This document shows, piece by piece, positions 49,574 through 60,519 of a DNA stretch of 64,000 bases (its first letter is position 1; each line of letters begins with the position of its first letter). A model generated the notes under the pieces. That model was not told the DNA's origin and searched no databases. It saw only the letters and a list, made by a program, of their open reading frames with translations. The stretch spans positions 1 to 64,000 of the forward strand of contig MEDY01000126.1 in the NCBI GenBank assembly GCA_001724265.1, written 5' to 3'. This DNA is from Rhizaria sp. SCN 62-66 (taxonomy: Eukaryota). The translations under genes and the position numbers were made by a program.

Positions 49574-52165
49574 ATGAGTGGCGCGGCCAAGAAGTCCGTC
49601 AAGCTTCTGTTTAGCGGCGAGAAGCACTCGCAGGCGGACACCATGACGTTACTGCGTCGCGCGGCCGGTCTGAGCTCGACCAAGCTGAACCGCACTCGCC
49701 GCGCGGGCGACGATGACAACGACGACGACGTGGCCGATGAGGAAATCGCTAATATCATCAACCCCAGCTCATTCTCCAACGTTACTCTGTACGCCGGCGA
49801 CTATCACGGCAACGTTATCGGTCTCCGCGTCACCCCGCCGACCAAGCACTCCGCTGGCCACGACGACCTCGACGACGGCTCTGACCCCGACGCCTCCAAC
49901 GACGAAGACAGCGGCAACGACAACAAGGACGACGCCCTCGTCGCCCGCCGCGCCGCCTCCAAGGGCGCCTCCGCGCAGCAGTCCGCGCTCGCCCGCTTTG
50001 CCCAGCGCAAAGCCACTGAGGCCGCCGCGGCCAACGCTGCGTCCGGCTCACCCGACTCCGCCTCAGCCGCTGCTGTGCCGACGCCCGCTGTCGTGATGTC
50101 CCTCCGCGCCGCCGCCGCGGGCGACATCCACGTCGGCACCGTCAAAACCCTCTCCAGCGGCGGCAAATGGCTCGCCTCCGGCGGCGCTGACGAGTCGATC
50201 CGCATCTGCAAGCGCACACTGGGCGCCGCGCGTTTCGTCCAATTCGGCGCTCTGCACCGCCACGCCTGTGCCATCACGGCGACCGCGTTCGCGCAGAACG
50301 ACCACCTTCTGCTCACGGGCGGCGAGGACGGGAAGATCGCCGTCTGGGCGGTCGGCAAGTGGGGATGCCTCGCGGTGCTCACCGGACACAAGCGTGACGT
50401 CACCTCGATCGTCGCCCACCCGACCGCCCCCGTCGTCCTCTCGGTCGGCCGCGACAACACGGTCCGCATGTGGGATGTGCGGCCCTACAGCATCCGCGCC
50501 ATCATCGCGACGAACCTGCCGTTGGTTAAGCCGCGCTACGGCTCGCTCCCGCTGCCGCCGCTGCAGATCGTCTTCTCCACCGACGGTGCGCTGTACGCCG
50601 TCGCTTACGCGCGCTGCGTCTATGTCTTCCACACCGCGGGGGCCTATGCGGGGCAGCAGCTGCGGTGCATCGACTCCGGCGACATCAAGGTGCTGACCAT
50701 TGCCTTTTTGGACTCCGCCCGGATCGTCATTGGTGGCGAAGAAGGCGCTGTCTCGATCGTCGACGCCGTCACGGGAGAGTTTTTGGCCGAGAACCGCAAG
50801 CTGCAGCACTCTGCGCGCATCCGCCTCGTCGACGTCGCCAACGCCGAGTCCGTGGCCTGGTTCAACAAGTTCTACCCGATCCCCGCGGCGTCTAAGGGCC
50901 GCAAGGACGCGCAGGGACGCTTGACCACGAGTTGTGACACGCACGCGTACTTCGCCACGGCGTGCACGGAGGGCAAGATCGCGCTGTGGCGCGCGACGAT
51001 CACGCACGCCGCGCTGCCGCGGCAGCGGCTGCCGCTGCCGCCGACGGCGGCGGTCAAGAAGGCGCGCCGCCGCAAGGAGTTCCGCACCAGTGGCAACAAC
51101 AACAACTGGGGGCAGACGGCGCGTGATTACGGGTCGGATGTGGAGGAGAACGAGAGCGACGACAACCTCTACGAGGACGTGACCGATGACGACGAGGGGG
51201 AGGATGATGGCAAGGAGAAGAAGGCGGATTCGGGCATTGCAGCTGCCGCGCGCAAGGCCGCGAACGAGGACACCTACGAAGCGACGGTGGATGCCGCGAC
51301 CGTCACGCTGACTCTCCTGGCAAGCAAGAACAACGAAACCCGTTTGACGTCTCTCTGCTTCGGCAACGAGTTCAGCTCCGAGCATGTCACCCCGTTGCCT
51401 TCCTACCCCGTTGACCCCGCGACGGGCGTGTATAAGAACCCCTATGCTTTGATGCCGACCCTTGACGCGAAGTTCGGCTCCGGCGACGTGGCCGAGGACG
51501 AGGATGACGGCCACGGCCTCAAGGGCGGGTTCAAGAAGAAGCCCCGCCGTGGCGATGACGACAACGACGAGAACGGCGACGGCGACGGTGGCCGTGGAGG
51601 CGGCCGTGGAGGCCGCGGCGGCTTCGGGCGCGGCGGCCGCGGCGGCCGCGGTGGCTTTGGCCGCGGCGGCCGTGGCAGCAGCCGCGGCGACTCAGACTCT
51701 CGCTCAGACTCTAGCGCTGGCGCTGGCGCTGGTTCTAGCGAAGACCGCGGTCGCAAGCGCTCGTTTAAGGACGCCAACGGCGGCGGCAGCGGTGATCGTG
51801 ACGGCGGTGGCAGCGGCGGTCGCGGCGGCTTCCAGGCCAAGCGCGGCCGCGGCGGCAGCTCCAGCGGCGGCTTCGGCGGCGGCCGCGGCGGCGGCTCGGG
51901 CGGCCGCGGCGGCGGCTCGGGCGGCCGCGGCGGCGGCGGCTTTAGTCGCGGTGGCAGCAGTCGCGGCGGCAGCAGTCGCGGCGGCGGCGGCTTCAGCCGC
52001 GGTGGCGGCGGCAACAGTCGCGGTGGTGGCTTTGGCGGCGGGCGCGGCGGCGGCCGTGGCGGCAGCAGTCGCGGCGGCGGCGGTGGCAGCGGTCGGTCGG
52101 GCAATAGCGCGCGTTTCGCCGCGAATAACAGTGGACGTATCGGTGGCGTCGCTAAGAAGCGGTGA
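49574..52165 (+). CDS. WD40 protein, PAK1IP1/MAK11-like (60S biogenesis), with a long C-terminal RGG region
   Basis: LYAGDYHGNVIG, WLASGGADESIRI, GALHRHACAIT, LLTGGEDGKIAVW..WGCLAVLTGHK, AHPT..VVLSVGRDNTVRMWD, HSARIR and RLTSL occur in the order seen in the PAK1IP1 family. Confidence 0.75.
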   Translation: MSGAAKKSVKLLFSGEKHSQADTMTLLRRAAGLSSTKLNRTRRAGDDDNDDDVADEEIANIINPSSFSNVTLYAGDYHGNVIGLRVTPPTKHSAGHDDLDDGSDPDASNDEDSGNDNKDDALVARRAASKGASAQQSALARFAQRKATEAAAANAASGSPDSASAAAVPTPAVVMSLRAAAAGDIHVGTVKTLSSGGKWLASGGADESIRICKRTLGAARFVQFGALHRHACAITATAFAQNDHLLLTGGEDGKIAVWAVGKWGCLAVLTGHKRDVTSIVAHPTAPVVLSVGRDNTVRMWDVRPYSIRAIIATNLPLVKPRYGSLPLPPLQIVFSTDGALYAVAYARCVYVFHTAGAYAGQQLRCIDSGDIKVLTIAFLDSARIVIGGEEGAVSIVDAVTGEFLAENRKLQHSARIRLVDVANAESVAWFNKFYPIPAASKGRKDAQGRLTTSCDTHAYFATACTEGKIALWRATITHAALPRQRLPLPPTAAVKKARRRKEFRTSGNNNNWGQTARDYGSDVEENESDDNLYEDVTDDDEGEDDGKEKKADSGIAAAARKAANEDTYEATVDAATVTLTLLASKNNETRLTSLCFGNEFSSEHVTPLPSYPVDPATGVYKNPYALMPTLDAKFGSGDVAEDEDDGHGLKGGFKKKPRRGDDDNDENGDGDGGRGGGRGGRGGFGRGGRGGRGGFGRGGRGSSRGDSDSRSDSSAGAGAGSSEDRGRKRSFKDANGGGSGDRDGGGSGGRGGFQAKRGRGGSSSGGFGGGRGGGSGGRGGGSGGRGGGGFSRGGSSRGGSSRGGGGFSRGGGGNSRGGGFGGGRGGGRGGSSRGGGGGSGRSGNSARFAANNSGRIGGVAKKR

Positions 52166-53186
52166 ATATGAAGTAGAAAGACTGAAACAATCGACGTTTT
52201 GTTGTGACGTTGTAGTGTTGTAATCACTGGTCATCGTGCGGAACTGGCTTAATGAGTGCGTGAAGCGTGGAGGCCAGCTGTGGTTTGCGCTATCCTATTA
52301 TTTCTACGTTATTCTTAATATAAAAGACTTAGTTGAAACCTGAATGATGCTCTTTTATGATATGTTGCTTGTTTATCGAAGCAAAGAGGTGTGGTGGCTC
52401 GTTGAGTGACCTTTGGCGAGTGCATTGCGGAGGAGCTGTGAGCGGCAGGACGAGGGGGTGAATAAAAAAAAAGAGTTGGGAGATGTGCGAGAGTTGAACT
52501 CGGGTCCACGAGAAGCAAAAATATAAAAATATAAACTCGCTATTCGTATAGAAAAGCGAATTAATATCCCTAAAAAACCAAATTTTAATTATTTATATCT
52601 CTTAAAAAATCTAATAAAACTTCACTTTATTCAGTCAACATCTCTATTTTACCATGTTGTAACGTTATAATCAGTTAAACTCAAACATTTCTTAGAAAAG
52701 TAAGATGGGAATCTGAGCATTTTTTATTTTCACACATATTCTTTATCAAAGTATATGTACGTATACAGATGCACAAAAAAACAGCAACAGAGGAACAAAA
52801 GAGTGATTGAAAGCATTGTTTTATTGAGTATCTACGTAGTTTTAAACAAACAAAGAAGACCGCATGCGTGCTAAGAGCGACAAACTAACTCATCGTCTTT
52901 TGTTCTCTTGTCGATGCCATGACTGGTATCAAAATACAGTCACTGGCTTGACACAGCAGTGTTGGAGTTCCAGGCCACAGCGAAACATCATCATGACGTT
53001 CCTAAAAAGCCTCCTCGATCTTCCTTATCTTACTGATTCAGTTTCCGAATGAGTATTCCATATTTTTTGTTTTTGTCATTATTGATATCATACTATTATC
53101 ATAATTTCTTCGCATAGCCCAGCGTTTCCACCGATTCAGTTCACTAACATCATGTAAACCGTAAACAGCATAACTGAACCCATTCT

Positions 53187-54450
53187 TTACAGCGCACCAG
53201 CGACAGGCGCCGCTGCCGCCTGCGCCGCCGCCGGGGCGGCCGCCGTGGCAGTTCCGCCGAGCGTGGACACGGTCTGCCACTGCCCGTCGGCCTGCTGATG
53301 CCACAGCGACACGGTGTTGTCGCCCTGCGCCACAGCGAGCACATCCCCCATGAGCGACCAGGACACGCGCCACGGCCGCTGCGGGAAGGCGATGGACTTG
53401 GCGACGCGCCAGGTGCCCGCGGCGTCCTCGGCCCAGATGCGGACCGTCTTGTCCTCCGAGCACGACGCGAAGCAGGAAGACGTGAGGCCCAGAGAGGGCG
53501 CCCACGCGACGTCGCGGACCCAGTCGCCATGGGTCTGCTTCCCCTCGTGGAACGAGGTGACTTCGACCCAGCGCGTGGCGGCGCCCTCGGCGGGGGGCTG
53601 GTGCGGGTGCGCGAGGAGCCAGAGACGGACGGCGTTGTCGCAACCGCCCGAGACGAGGCGCAGCGCCGGAACAGCGGCATCAGCGGCGTTGTTGTTGTTG
53701 TTACTGCTGTTGTTAGGGTCGGCGTGAAGTGCGGGAGCCCAGGAGACGGAGGAGACGCCGCCGGAGTGGGCTGGAATAACCTCGCAGGCCCAGGTGTTGT
53801 CGAGCTGGTGCGTCCAGATGGAAATGTTTCCATCCGAGGAGCCCGCCGCGAGGATCAAACCGAGGGAGTGAGGAGCGAACGCGATCGAGTTGACGGAGGC
53901 GTCGTGGCGGTCGTCCTCCCAGAGCTTGCCCCACACGCCGGGGGCCTGCTCCTTCCAGACGATAATCTTGCTGTCGTAGCCGCACGAGGCGAGGATGGGG
54001 CCGTATTTGGGGTGCGCCCAGGCCACCTGCCAGACGGGACCTTGGTGACCGAGGAGGGAGGCGAGGGGCGTGTGGTCGCCGGTCGGGGAAACTTCGAAGA
54101 TTTTGATCGAGTGGTCGGAGGAGGCAGTCGCCAGGCGATTGCCGTAGTAGTTCAGCTGAGCATCGTGCTGTGAGAGAGAGGAATTGCAGTGCAAAGCAAC
54201 AAGAAAGCAAGTGACGAAAAGAGTAGAGTGGAAACGAGGGCGAGGGAAGAGAGAATAGAAAGATATTGTGTGCAGGGGAGAAACAGTGTGAAGGAGTGTG
54301 AGTATGTGCTAAAGATAGATGTTGACGTGAGTGATAACATAAGTGAAGGGAATTTAGATTGCGTGTAATTGTAGAGCGTGAGAGAGGAGAAGGGGAACGT
54401 ACAACCATGTCCTGATGACCAGACTCAAACACAACGGGCGAGGACGCCAT
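53187..54450 (-). CDS. SEC13: Protein transport protein SEC13; exons 54450-54403, 54167-53187
   Basis: SGHQDMV|HDAQLNYYGNRLATASSD, GHQGPVWQVAWAHPKYG, ASVNSIAFAPH, SGGCDN and HGDWVRDVAWAP. Confidence 0.96.
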
Positions 54451-54974
54451 TGCGGTTTCTACAAAGCGCGCCAAGAAAAGAGAAAGCAAGGACAGAGTGA
54501 AAAATACAATCAAATATCGTGTGGCAAAGAAACGAAGCGAAAAGACTGTTGTTGCGGCCTATAGAGGAGCGAAAGGAGGGGCTGACCGTGTGCCTGACTC
54601 AGCGCTTGGCCAAGGGAGGAAACGCCAGTGTGAATCTCGGACAAGCAGACAATTCCAGATGCGCAAAAAATAACAACTCGCAATAAAAACAAACGCCAAG
54701 GGCCTCTCAGCAAAGATGACAACTCCTGTCGGATTCTATAGCGCTCTGCGAGCTGCTTGATTCGTTGCCTTCAAGACGAGCCAGCGAGAGCCAGTGCAGA
54801 GTTCGACAGCCAAGGAGTCGGCTGGTGACTGTGGTCAGCTCGGTCCGATCAAAGTTAGGTCGGTGCGGGCGGAGTGATTGCTGGCTGAAGTCGAGAGCCA
54901 ACTTCTAAAGAGGTTTACACCATGTTCCCGGTGTGCAATAGCGGATTTTTGCTATTGCTCGATTTCTAAATGCA

Positions 54975-55370
54975 GTGAAGAGTATTCACTGTTTATTAGA
55001 AGCTGAGAGCCGTCTTTGTTCCCTACCAAAGGTACGTCCCCCGATCCGCTCGGCTCGCTCTCTCTTCTCCGCGTTTGATTTCGACGATTTCCTTGCTGCA
55101 GCAGCGTCTTCCCGGCGTCTGGTGGTGCTCGGCTTTCGTCCCTTCACAAATGATGAAAACTTCTCTTGGCTGTCTAAACTTCCGTGTTGATAACCACTGG
55201 TTTCGCAACTATATTCTGAGTGTCAATTCAAACCCTTCACTTCTCCCAAACCCTCGACACACAATTCGAACCCATTTCTCACACGATATATCTATTTTCT
55301 GCTTCTTTTTCTTCTTTAGTTATCTACTTTGCGTGGAGAGCAAACTATTTTGAGCTAACGTGAACCTCTA
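54975..55370 (+). ncRNA. Putative non-coding snoRNA host transcript (intron 55032-55319); ends approximate
   Basis: An AAAG|GTACGT donor and a pyrimidine-tract TTTAG acceptor bracket the snoRNA. The flanking exons carry no credible ORF. It is divergent from SEC13. Confidence 0.5.
55145..55222 (+). ncRNA. Box C/D snoRNA, probable snR64/SNORD74-type guide for LSU rRNA
   Basis: Box C ATGATGA (55150-55156), D' CTAA (55174-55177), C' GTGTTGA (55184-55190), D CTGA (55216-55219) and terminal CAC/GTG stem. The D' guide TTCTCTTGGCTGT is complementary (one G-U) to conserved LSU ACAGCCAAGGGAA. Confidence 0.8.
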
Positions 55371-56175
55371 AGGTCATGTTATGCTTTGCTCGCAGTTTCA
55401 TCAATGTTTTTTTATTGTCGCTGTGTTGATGCTAACTTGCAGTCGCGTGTCTAGTGTCCACCAAGCTTGCGTGTTGCACAAAGACGCTGCTGTATCTAGC
55501 TGCTGCATTATTACTAGCATTCGTTTCACTTGCACGCACGTGCTAAGGCCAACGCTGTAGGCTGCTATGATAGTCCAACATATCCTTGAGCCATGAGTTG
55601 GATGTTATCTTTTTCTTTTGTTTGCGACAATACACGTCGTACTTTGAAACTAAACAACACTTCGTGATCCAATCTTTGCACATACATTTTTGTACAATTA
55701 AATTCACGCGAGGTACACTCGCTCAAAAGAGTTGTCAAAGCGACTTACACGTCCCCAACTTTCAACATAAGCTTATCGTTTTCGAGCTTATCGTTTTCGT
55801 ATTCGAGTGATGATATTGAATTGAAGTTGTCGATTTATTCTTGCGTTCTGTTTCGTATGGACAAAACCGTCACTATGTCATCGTATTCTTTTCTCTTTTA
55901 AGCACAACTGTTGTGTTTAAAGGCGGAGTATCTTATCTTAAATAGTACACGTACTACCACCAACACACGAGTGTTATCGTGATCTTTCTTATTTCTACTG
56001 AACTGGGCTATTTAAACGTAAAACAATATACATCCTATACATAAAGTACTGTGTGATTCTTATTGCGATTCTTCTTCTCTCCCTCTCAAAGCAAAACAAC
56101 AAACAAAAACAGACGCCAAGTGCACGTCCAATACTGTACGCTTGCTTGTTTACAGATACTTGTTGTGAAGCTGAC

Positions 56176-59100
56176 TCACTGCTGCTGAGGCTGCTGCTTT
56201 TCAGCGGCCTTTTGCACTGCCGCAGCCCTCCCGGCCCGCGCCGCAAGCGTGGCCCTCACCGCAGCGATTGTGTTGTCTACGACGGCGGCCGAGTCACCCC
56301 CGCGTCCCACGAGGGCCGCGTGCAACACCGACGTCACACTGTCACACGCCGCCGCGTTTGACTCAGACTCTAGTCCAGTGACAGTGGCACTGTCAATGGA
56401 CGTGGGCGGCGGGTCAGCGGCGGTGGCAAAACGGACGAGGCTGTTATGCGCTGCATCTGAGGCAGCGACGGAGGCGACAAGCGCAGCCCACGGGACTGTG
56501 GAGTTGGACTTGGCTCCCTGGGAACCAATGACAGCGCCGAATTCGAACATTTCACGCTTTGCACCGGTTTCAAGCACGCTCGACACACGGCTCCCGGCGG
56601 TGAAAACCTTCCCAGTGCCGAGGATGACGACCCCGGCAGCTGTATTCGCACCCTCGCCATTCGTCGCGCGCACAGTCGCCCTTGCAGAGTCGCTATCACC
56701 AATCGCGGCAGCAGCAGCAGCAGCAGCGGGCACGTTTCCAGCGGAGTTGCTGCCGTTCGCGGCCGCGGCCGCAGAGGAATCGGCGCCATTACTCCCAGCA
56801 TTGCTGTTGTGTGCACTTTTTGTGGTCGAGAGCGAGCTCGTTGTGAGCGCCGCCTTCGTGCGGAGATTCTGCAGTGTCTTTGTCGTGCCTCCGTAGTCCT
56901 CATCGTCGCCGTCGTCAAGCGCGCCGAACAGGTCGTCCGCGTCGTCGTTGCCCGCCAGGCTGAGAGTCATTTGGGCCCGCAGCGCGGCGGCGGCGGCGGC
57001 GGCAGCGCCCTCGAGTTTGGGGCGGGAGTCCGAGCCCACGCTGTGGTGGCGCTGAGGGCGGCGGGTGACTGCGGTCAGCGACTCCGCGTCCAGCGTCCGG
57101 TGCTTGGACGCCAAAGACGCCGTGATGTTGAGGTGAGACGGGATGCCGCCGTTTGAGGTCGCGGTTGCGGAGGGGGTGGCCGAGTTGAGAAGTCCGGCGG
57201 CGGCGGCGGCGCGGACGTTGTTGTTGCTGCTGCTGCTGCTACTGCTGCTGCTGATGTTGCCGCCGCCACCGGCCGCGTTGTTGCCGCTATGGATCAGGTG
57301 GGCTGTCGGGGTGAAACCAGAGCCAAACCCACCGAAACCGCCGCTGGCGAAGCCGCCACCGTTGAAGCCGGCGGCAGTGCCAGTGCTGACTGCAGCCCAG
57401 GACATGCTGTCAGAGCCCCCGCCGTCGGCGTCGGTGTCGCCACTGGCGCTCGCGCCGGTGGCCGCCCCCGCATGGCTACTATGGAGGAAGCCGGCGTTGT
57501 TGTTGTTGCGACCCTTGTTGTTGCTGCTGCTGCCGCTTTTGCTGAGGTTCGTGATGTTGCCATAGGCGCTGCTGCCGCCAGCGGTGCTCCCGCTGCCGCG
57601 CCCGCCGCCGCCGCCGCCGTTGCCGCCGCCGCCGAAGCCGGACTGCGAATGCGACTGCGACTGGGAGCCTGAGCCTGAGCCGCCGGCGGATGTGGTTGAT
57701 GGACCGGGGATATGGTCAATGTTCAACGGATAGCCGCCGGGGGAAAGTAAGCCGCCAGCGCCCGCGGAAGTTAAGCCGCTAGCGCCGATGATGGCTGCCG
57801 TAACGGCGGAATTTAAGCCGCCACTGGGCAAAGTACGAGAGTTGCCGGCGCCGGAGCCGGAGCCAGTTGAGCGGTGACTACCGCTAGACAGGCCGTTGCG
57901 CTTATTCGTGTTGACATTCAACATCGTAGTGTGATTGTTGTTGTTGTTATCGAGAGAAGCGTCATTGTTATTGCTATTGTTGTTGTTGGGATGGCTAGGG
58001 TTGCGGCGCGGGGGCGGTAGCGGATCACCATCAACGTTCACGACATCATCCGTCTCGTTGAACTCGACGAGGTCGTCGGAGTCAAGCCGCATCTGGTGCG
58101 GGAAGTTCGGCCGCATCAGACCAGCGGGGCCGCCACTCTGCTGCTGCTTTTGCTGCTGCAGAGCGGCAGCGCCAGCACCGGTGTGGGTGTTAGCGGTGGC
58201 CTCACTAGCGTCCTTGCAAGCGTTGTTGTCAAAAGCGAGAGTGACGCCGTTAGCGACACCGCTGCTGTTGTTGTTGCTGCTGATGTTCGCAGTGTTGTTG
58301 CTGTTGTTGTTGTGCAGCTCGTGGGCGTCAATGACCGCGGTGATGTCTAAATCACCGTAGTTTTCCTCATCATCATCGCCGTTACCGTTACCGTTCGGCT
58401 TCGCACTGCCACTATTGTTGTTGGCAATTGTAGTAGCAGTTGTTGTGGCAGCAGTGGCAGCGGCAGCGGCCGTGTTTTCGCTAAAATCCTCAATATCATC
58501 AAGACCCCCAAAGTCATCGTCACCAATGTTCTTCCCAGCAGCCGCAGCAGCAGCACTTGCACTGTCACCCTTGTCGCCGACCGCCTGCTGGCCCCCCGCC
58601 TGCTCACTATGGGCCGGCGCGACCGCGCGCATCAGCGTCTCGCGCATCGCAGCATCATCCGGAGCAGTGATGCGGAACAGACCTGCGCGTTGCTGTGAGA
58701 TCGTGACTCCAGCACCACCCGCGGCCGCGCTGGCGGCGGTGTGGAGAGCTGCTGCGGCGGCGGCAGCGGCAGCAGCGGCGGCGGCGGCGGCGGTGTGGTC
58801 ACTGTCTTCGTCGTCCTCGCCGTTGCCAAAGCCGTCCGTGTCGACGTCGTTGTCATTGTTCTTGTTGTTGTTCTTGCTGTTGTTGTTGACAGTAATGTTA
58901 TCGTTGTCGCAGGCCGAGGCAAAGGCGGCGCGCGCGGCGGCAACAGCAGGGTCCATCACATTCGTGCCATCGCCGGTGTTGTCGTCGTCGTCATCGCCGA
59001 TGGAGAAGCCACTCTCACTGCCACTGCCACTGGCGCTGGGAGCATTCGCGTTGACATCAGCAGCTCTCGGCTTGCGCTGCTGCAGTTGCTGCTTGTTGTT

Positions 59101-60519
59101 CGCCGCAGTCTCAGCGTTTTTGTCGTAGAGCGCAGTGGCCGCGAGCGGAGCATCGTCAAAATCCTCAATATCGAACAGTTCATCAACAGTATCATCAGCA
59201 GCGTCGTTGACCCAACGCCCGCGGACAAACCGTGCACCGCCGACAATCGCGCCCGTGCTTGCGGTGCCCGCAGCATTCACCGCAGCGTTGTTGTTGTGGT
59301 TATTGACCGCCGCAGCAGTACTGGCAGTGTTGTTCGTGGGAAGTGGGGCGGCGGCATCCAACTCGCCGCTGTCAGAATCAGCCTTTGCATTCGCATTCGC
59401 ATCGAGAGTGTTGTTTCTAGCTGCAGTAGGACTGAAATCGGGCGTAAGCGTGTTCATAAGCTCCTCAGTCCCCGCGGCAACAGCAGTACTCGAGCCGCTC
59501 GTTCCAGCGTCAACGCGGCCGTGATCGTCCGAGATCGAGTCTGAGGAGAGACTCACGGTCACCTCAGTCGGCTTCTTGATCGCATTCGTGATGTTCAGAC
59601 TGTTGTTGGCGTTGGTGGTGACGTTGCTGCTCCTGTCGTCGTCGTCGAAGTCGCTGAGGTCGTCCAACGCATCAGCGTCGGCCTGAGGAAGACTCTTAGT
59701 GCTCAAACCCAGGCTATCAAAAGCACTGGCGCTGGCGCTGGCGCTGCTGCTTGAGGCACCCACGCTGCGGCCACTGGCAAAGCTGTTGGCAGCAGCGGAG
59801 GACTTGCCACCAATGTTGTCGTTCTCAGTGGTGGTGAAGAAATCAGCATCATCTTCGTCGTCATCGTTGTTGCCGTTGATCCGCGTCTTGGTGTCGGTGT
59901 CATAGCCGGCGAAAGAGGAGGAAGCCTTGCTGCCGCCGGAGCCCTTCTGCTGCTGCTTGGTGGCGAGCGCAACGCCGGCGGGCACAGCCGGGATGAACCT
60001 CAGTGACGATGACGCTGACGCAGCTGTAGAAGCGGCAGTGGCAGTGGCAGCATGACGCTTCGCAGCGAACGAGCCTGCCGCAGAGTGCGAGGCCGACGCG
60101 GCAGTCGAGGCGGAGGCGGAGGACTGGGCGGGGGTGTAGATCGTGTGGTGAACAGCCTGGATGATTGGCGTGAACGCGGCCACGGTCTGGTTGGGAGCCG
60201 TGCGGACCAAGTCAATCCACTGGAGGATCATACCAAACGCTTCCTCAGTCGTGAAATCAGAGGAGCTGGAAGAGCCTGCCGGTGCTACAGCGCCAGAAGA
60301 GGCGGAGGACGAAGCAGGGGCAAACGTGGGCTTGTAGGACGAGGAAGGGAACGCGCCGGCAGCGCTCCCAGTTGTGGCACTCGAGCCAGCGGTGGAGCCA
60401 GCGGGCGGGGCTGGGTGGGGACCGAATGTTTCGTAGATATGGTTCGCGGAGCGCGAGAGGGCGTCGCAATGGGTGCGCAGGGACTGCACCCGGGCACGGA
60501 AGTCGGCCGTCGTCGACAT
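56176..60519 (-). CDS. Large (1447 aa) intronless hypothetical low-complexity protein
   Basis: 4.3-kb ORF from MSTTADFRAR to TGA, with short helical N- and C-terminal segments around a disordered core containing repeated acidic-hydrophobic motifs. Confidence 0.7.
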   Translation of the reverse strand: MSTTADFRARVQSLRTHCDALSRSANHIYETFGPHPAPPAGSTAGSSATTGSAAGAFPSSSYKPTFAPASSSASSGAVAPAGSSSSSDFTTEEAFGMILQWIDLVRTAPNQTVAAFTPIIQAVHHTIYTPAQSSASASTAASASHSAAGSFAAKRHAATATAASTAASASSSLRFIPAVPAGVALATKQQQKGSGGSKASSSFAGYDTDTKTRINGNNDDDEDDADFFTTTENDNIGGKSSAAANSFASGRSVGASSSSASASASAFDSLGLSTKSLPQADADALDDLSDFDDDDRSSNVTTNANNSLNITNAIKKPTEVTVSLSSDSISDDHGRVDAGTSGSSTAVAAGTEELMNTLTPDFSPTAARNNTLDANANAKADSDSGELDAAAPLPTNNTASTAAAVNNHNNNAAVNAAGTASTGAIVGGARFVRGRWVNDAADDTVDELFDIEDFDDAPLAATALYDKNAETAANNKQQLQQRKPRAADVNANAPSASGSGSESGFSIGDDDDDNTGDGTNVMDPAVAAARAAFASACDNDNITVNNNSKNNNKNNDNDVDTDGFGNGEDDEDSDHTAAAAAAAAAAAAAAALHTAASAAAGGAGVTISQQRAGLFRITAPDDAAMRETLMRAVAPAHSEQAGGQQAVGDKGDSASAAAAAAGKNIGDDDFGGLDDIEDFSENTAAAAATAATTTATTIANNNSGSAKPNGNGNGDDDEENYGDLDITAVIDAHELHNNNSNNTANISSNNNSSGVANGVTLAFDNNACKDASEATANTHTGAGAAALQQQKQQQSGGPAGLMRPNFPHQMRLDSDDLVEFNETDDVVNVDGDPLPPPRRNPSHPNNNNSNNNDASLDNNNNNHTTMLNVNTNKRNGLSSGSHRSTGSGSGAGNSRTLPSGGLNSAVTAAIIGASGLTSAGAGGLLSPGGYPLNIDHIPGPSTTSAGGSGSGSQSQSHSQSGFGGGGNGGGGGGRGSGSTAGGSSAYGNITNLSKSGSSSNNKGRNNNNAGFLHSSHAGAATGASASGDTDADGGGSDSMSWAAVSTGTAAGFNGGGFASGGFGGFGSGFTPTAHLIHSGNNAAGGGGNISSSSSSSSSNNNVRAAAAAGLLNSATPSATATSNGGIPSHLNITASLASKHRTLDAESLTAVTRRPQRHHSVGSDSRPKLEGAAAAAAAALRAQMTLSLAGNDDADDLFGALDDGDDEDYGGTTKTLQNLRTKAALTTSSLSTTKSAHNSNAGSNGADSSAAAAANGSNSAGNVPAAAAAAAAIGDSDSARATVRATNGEGANTAAGVVILGTGKVFTAGSRVSSVLETGAKREMFEFGAVIGSQGAKSNSTVPWAALVASVAASDAAHNSLVRFATAADPPPTSIDSATVTGLESESNAAACDSVTSVLHAALVGRGGDSAAVVDNTIAAVRATLAARAGRAAAVQKAAEKQQPQQQ

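Noticed and set aside
55435..55585. Possible second, H/ACA-type snoRNA in the host locus
   Set aside because: No valid H box after the first hairpin.
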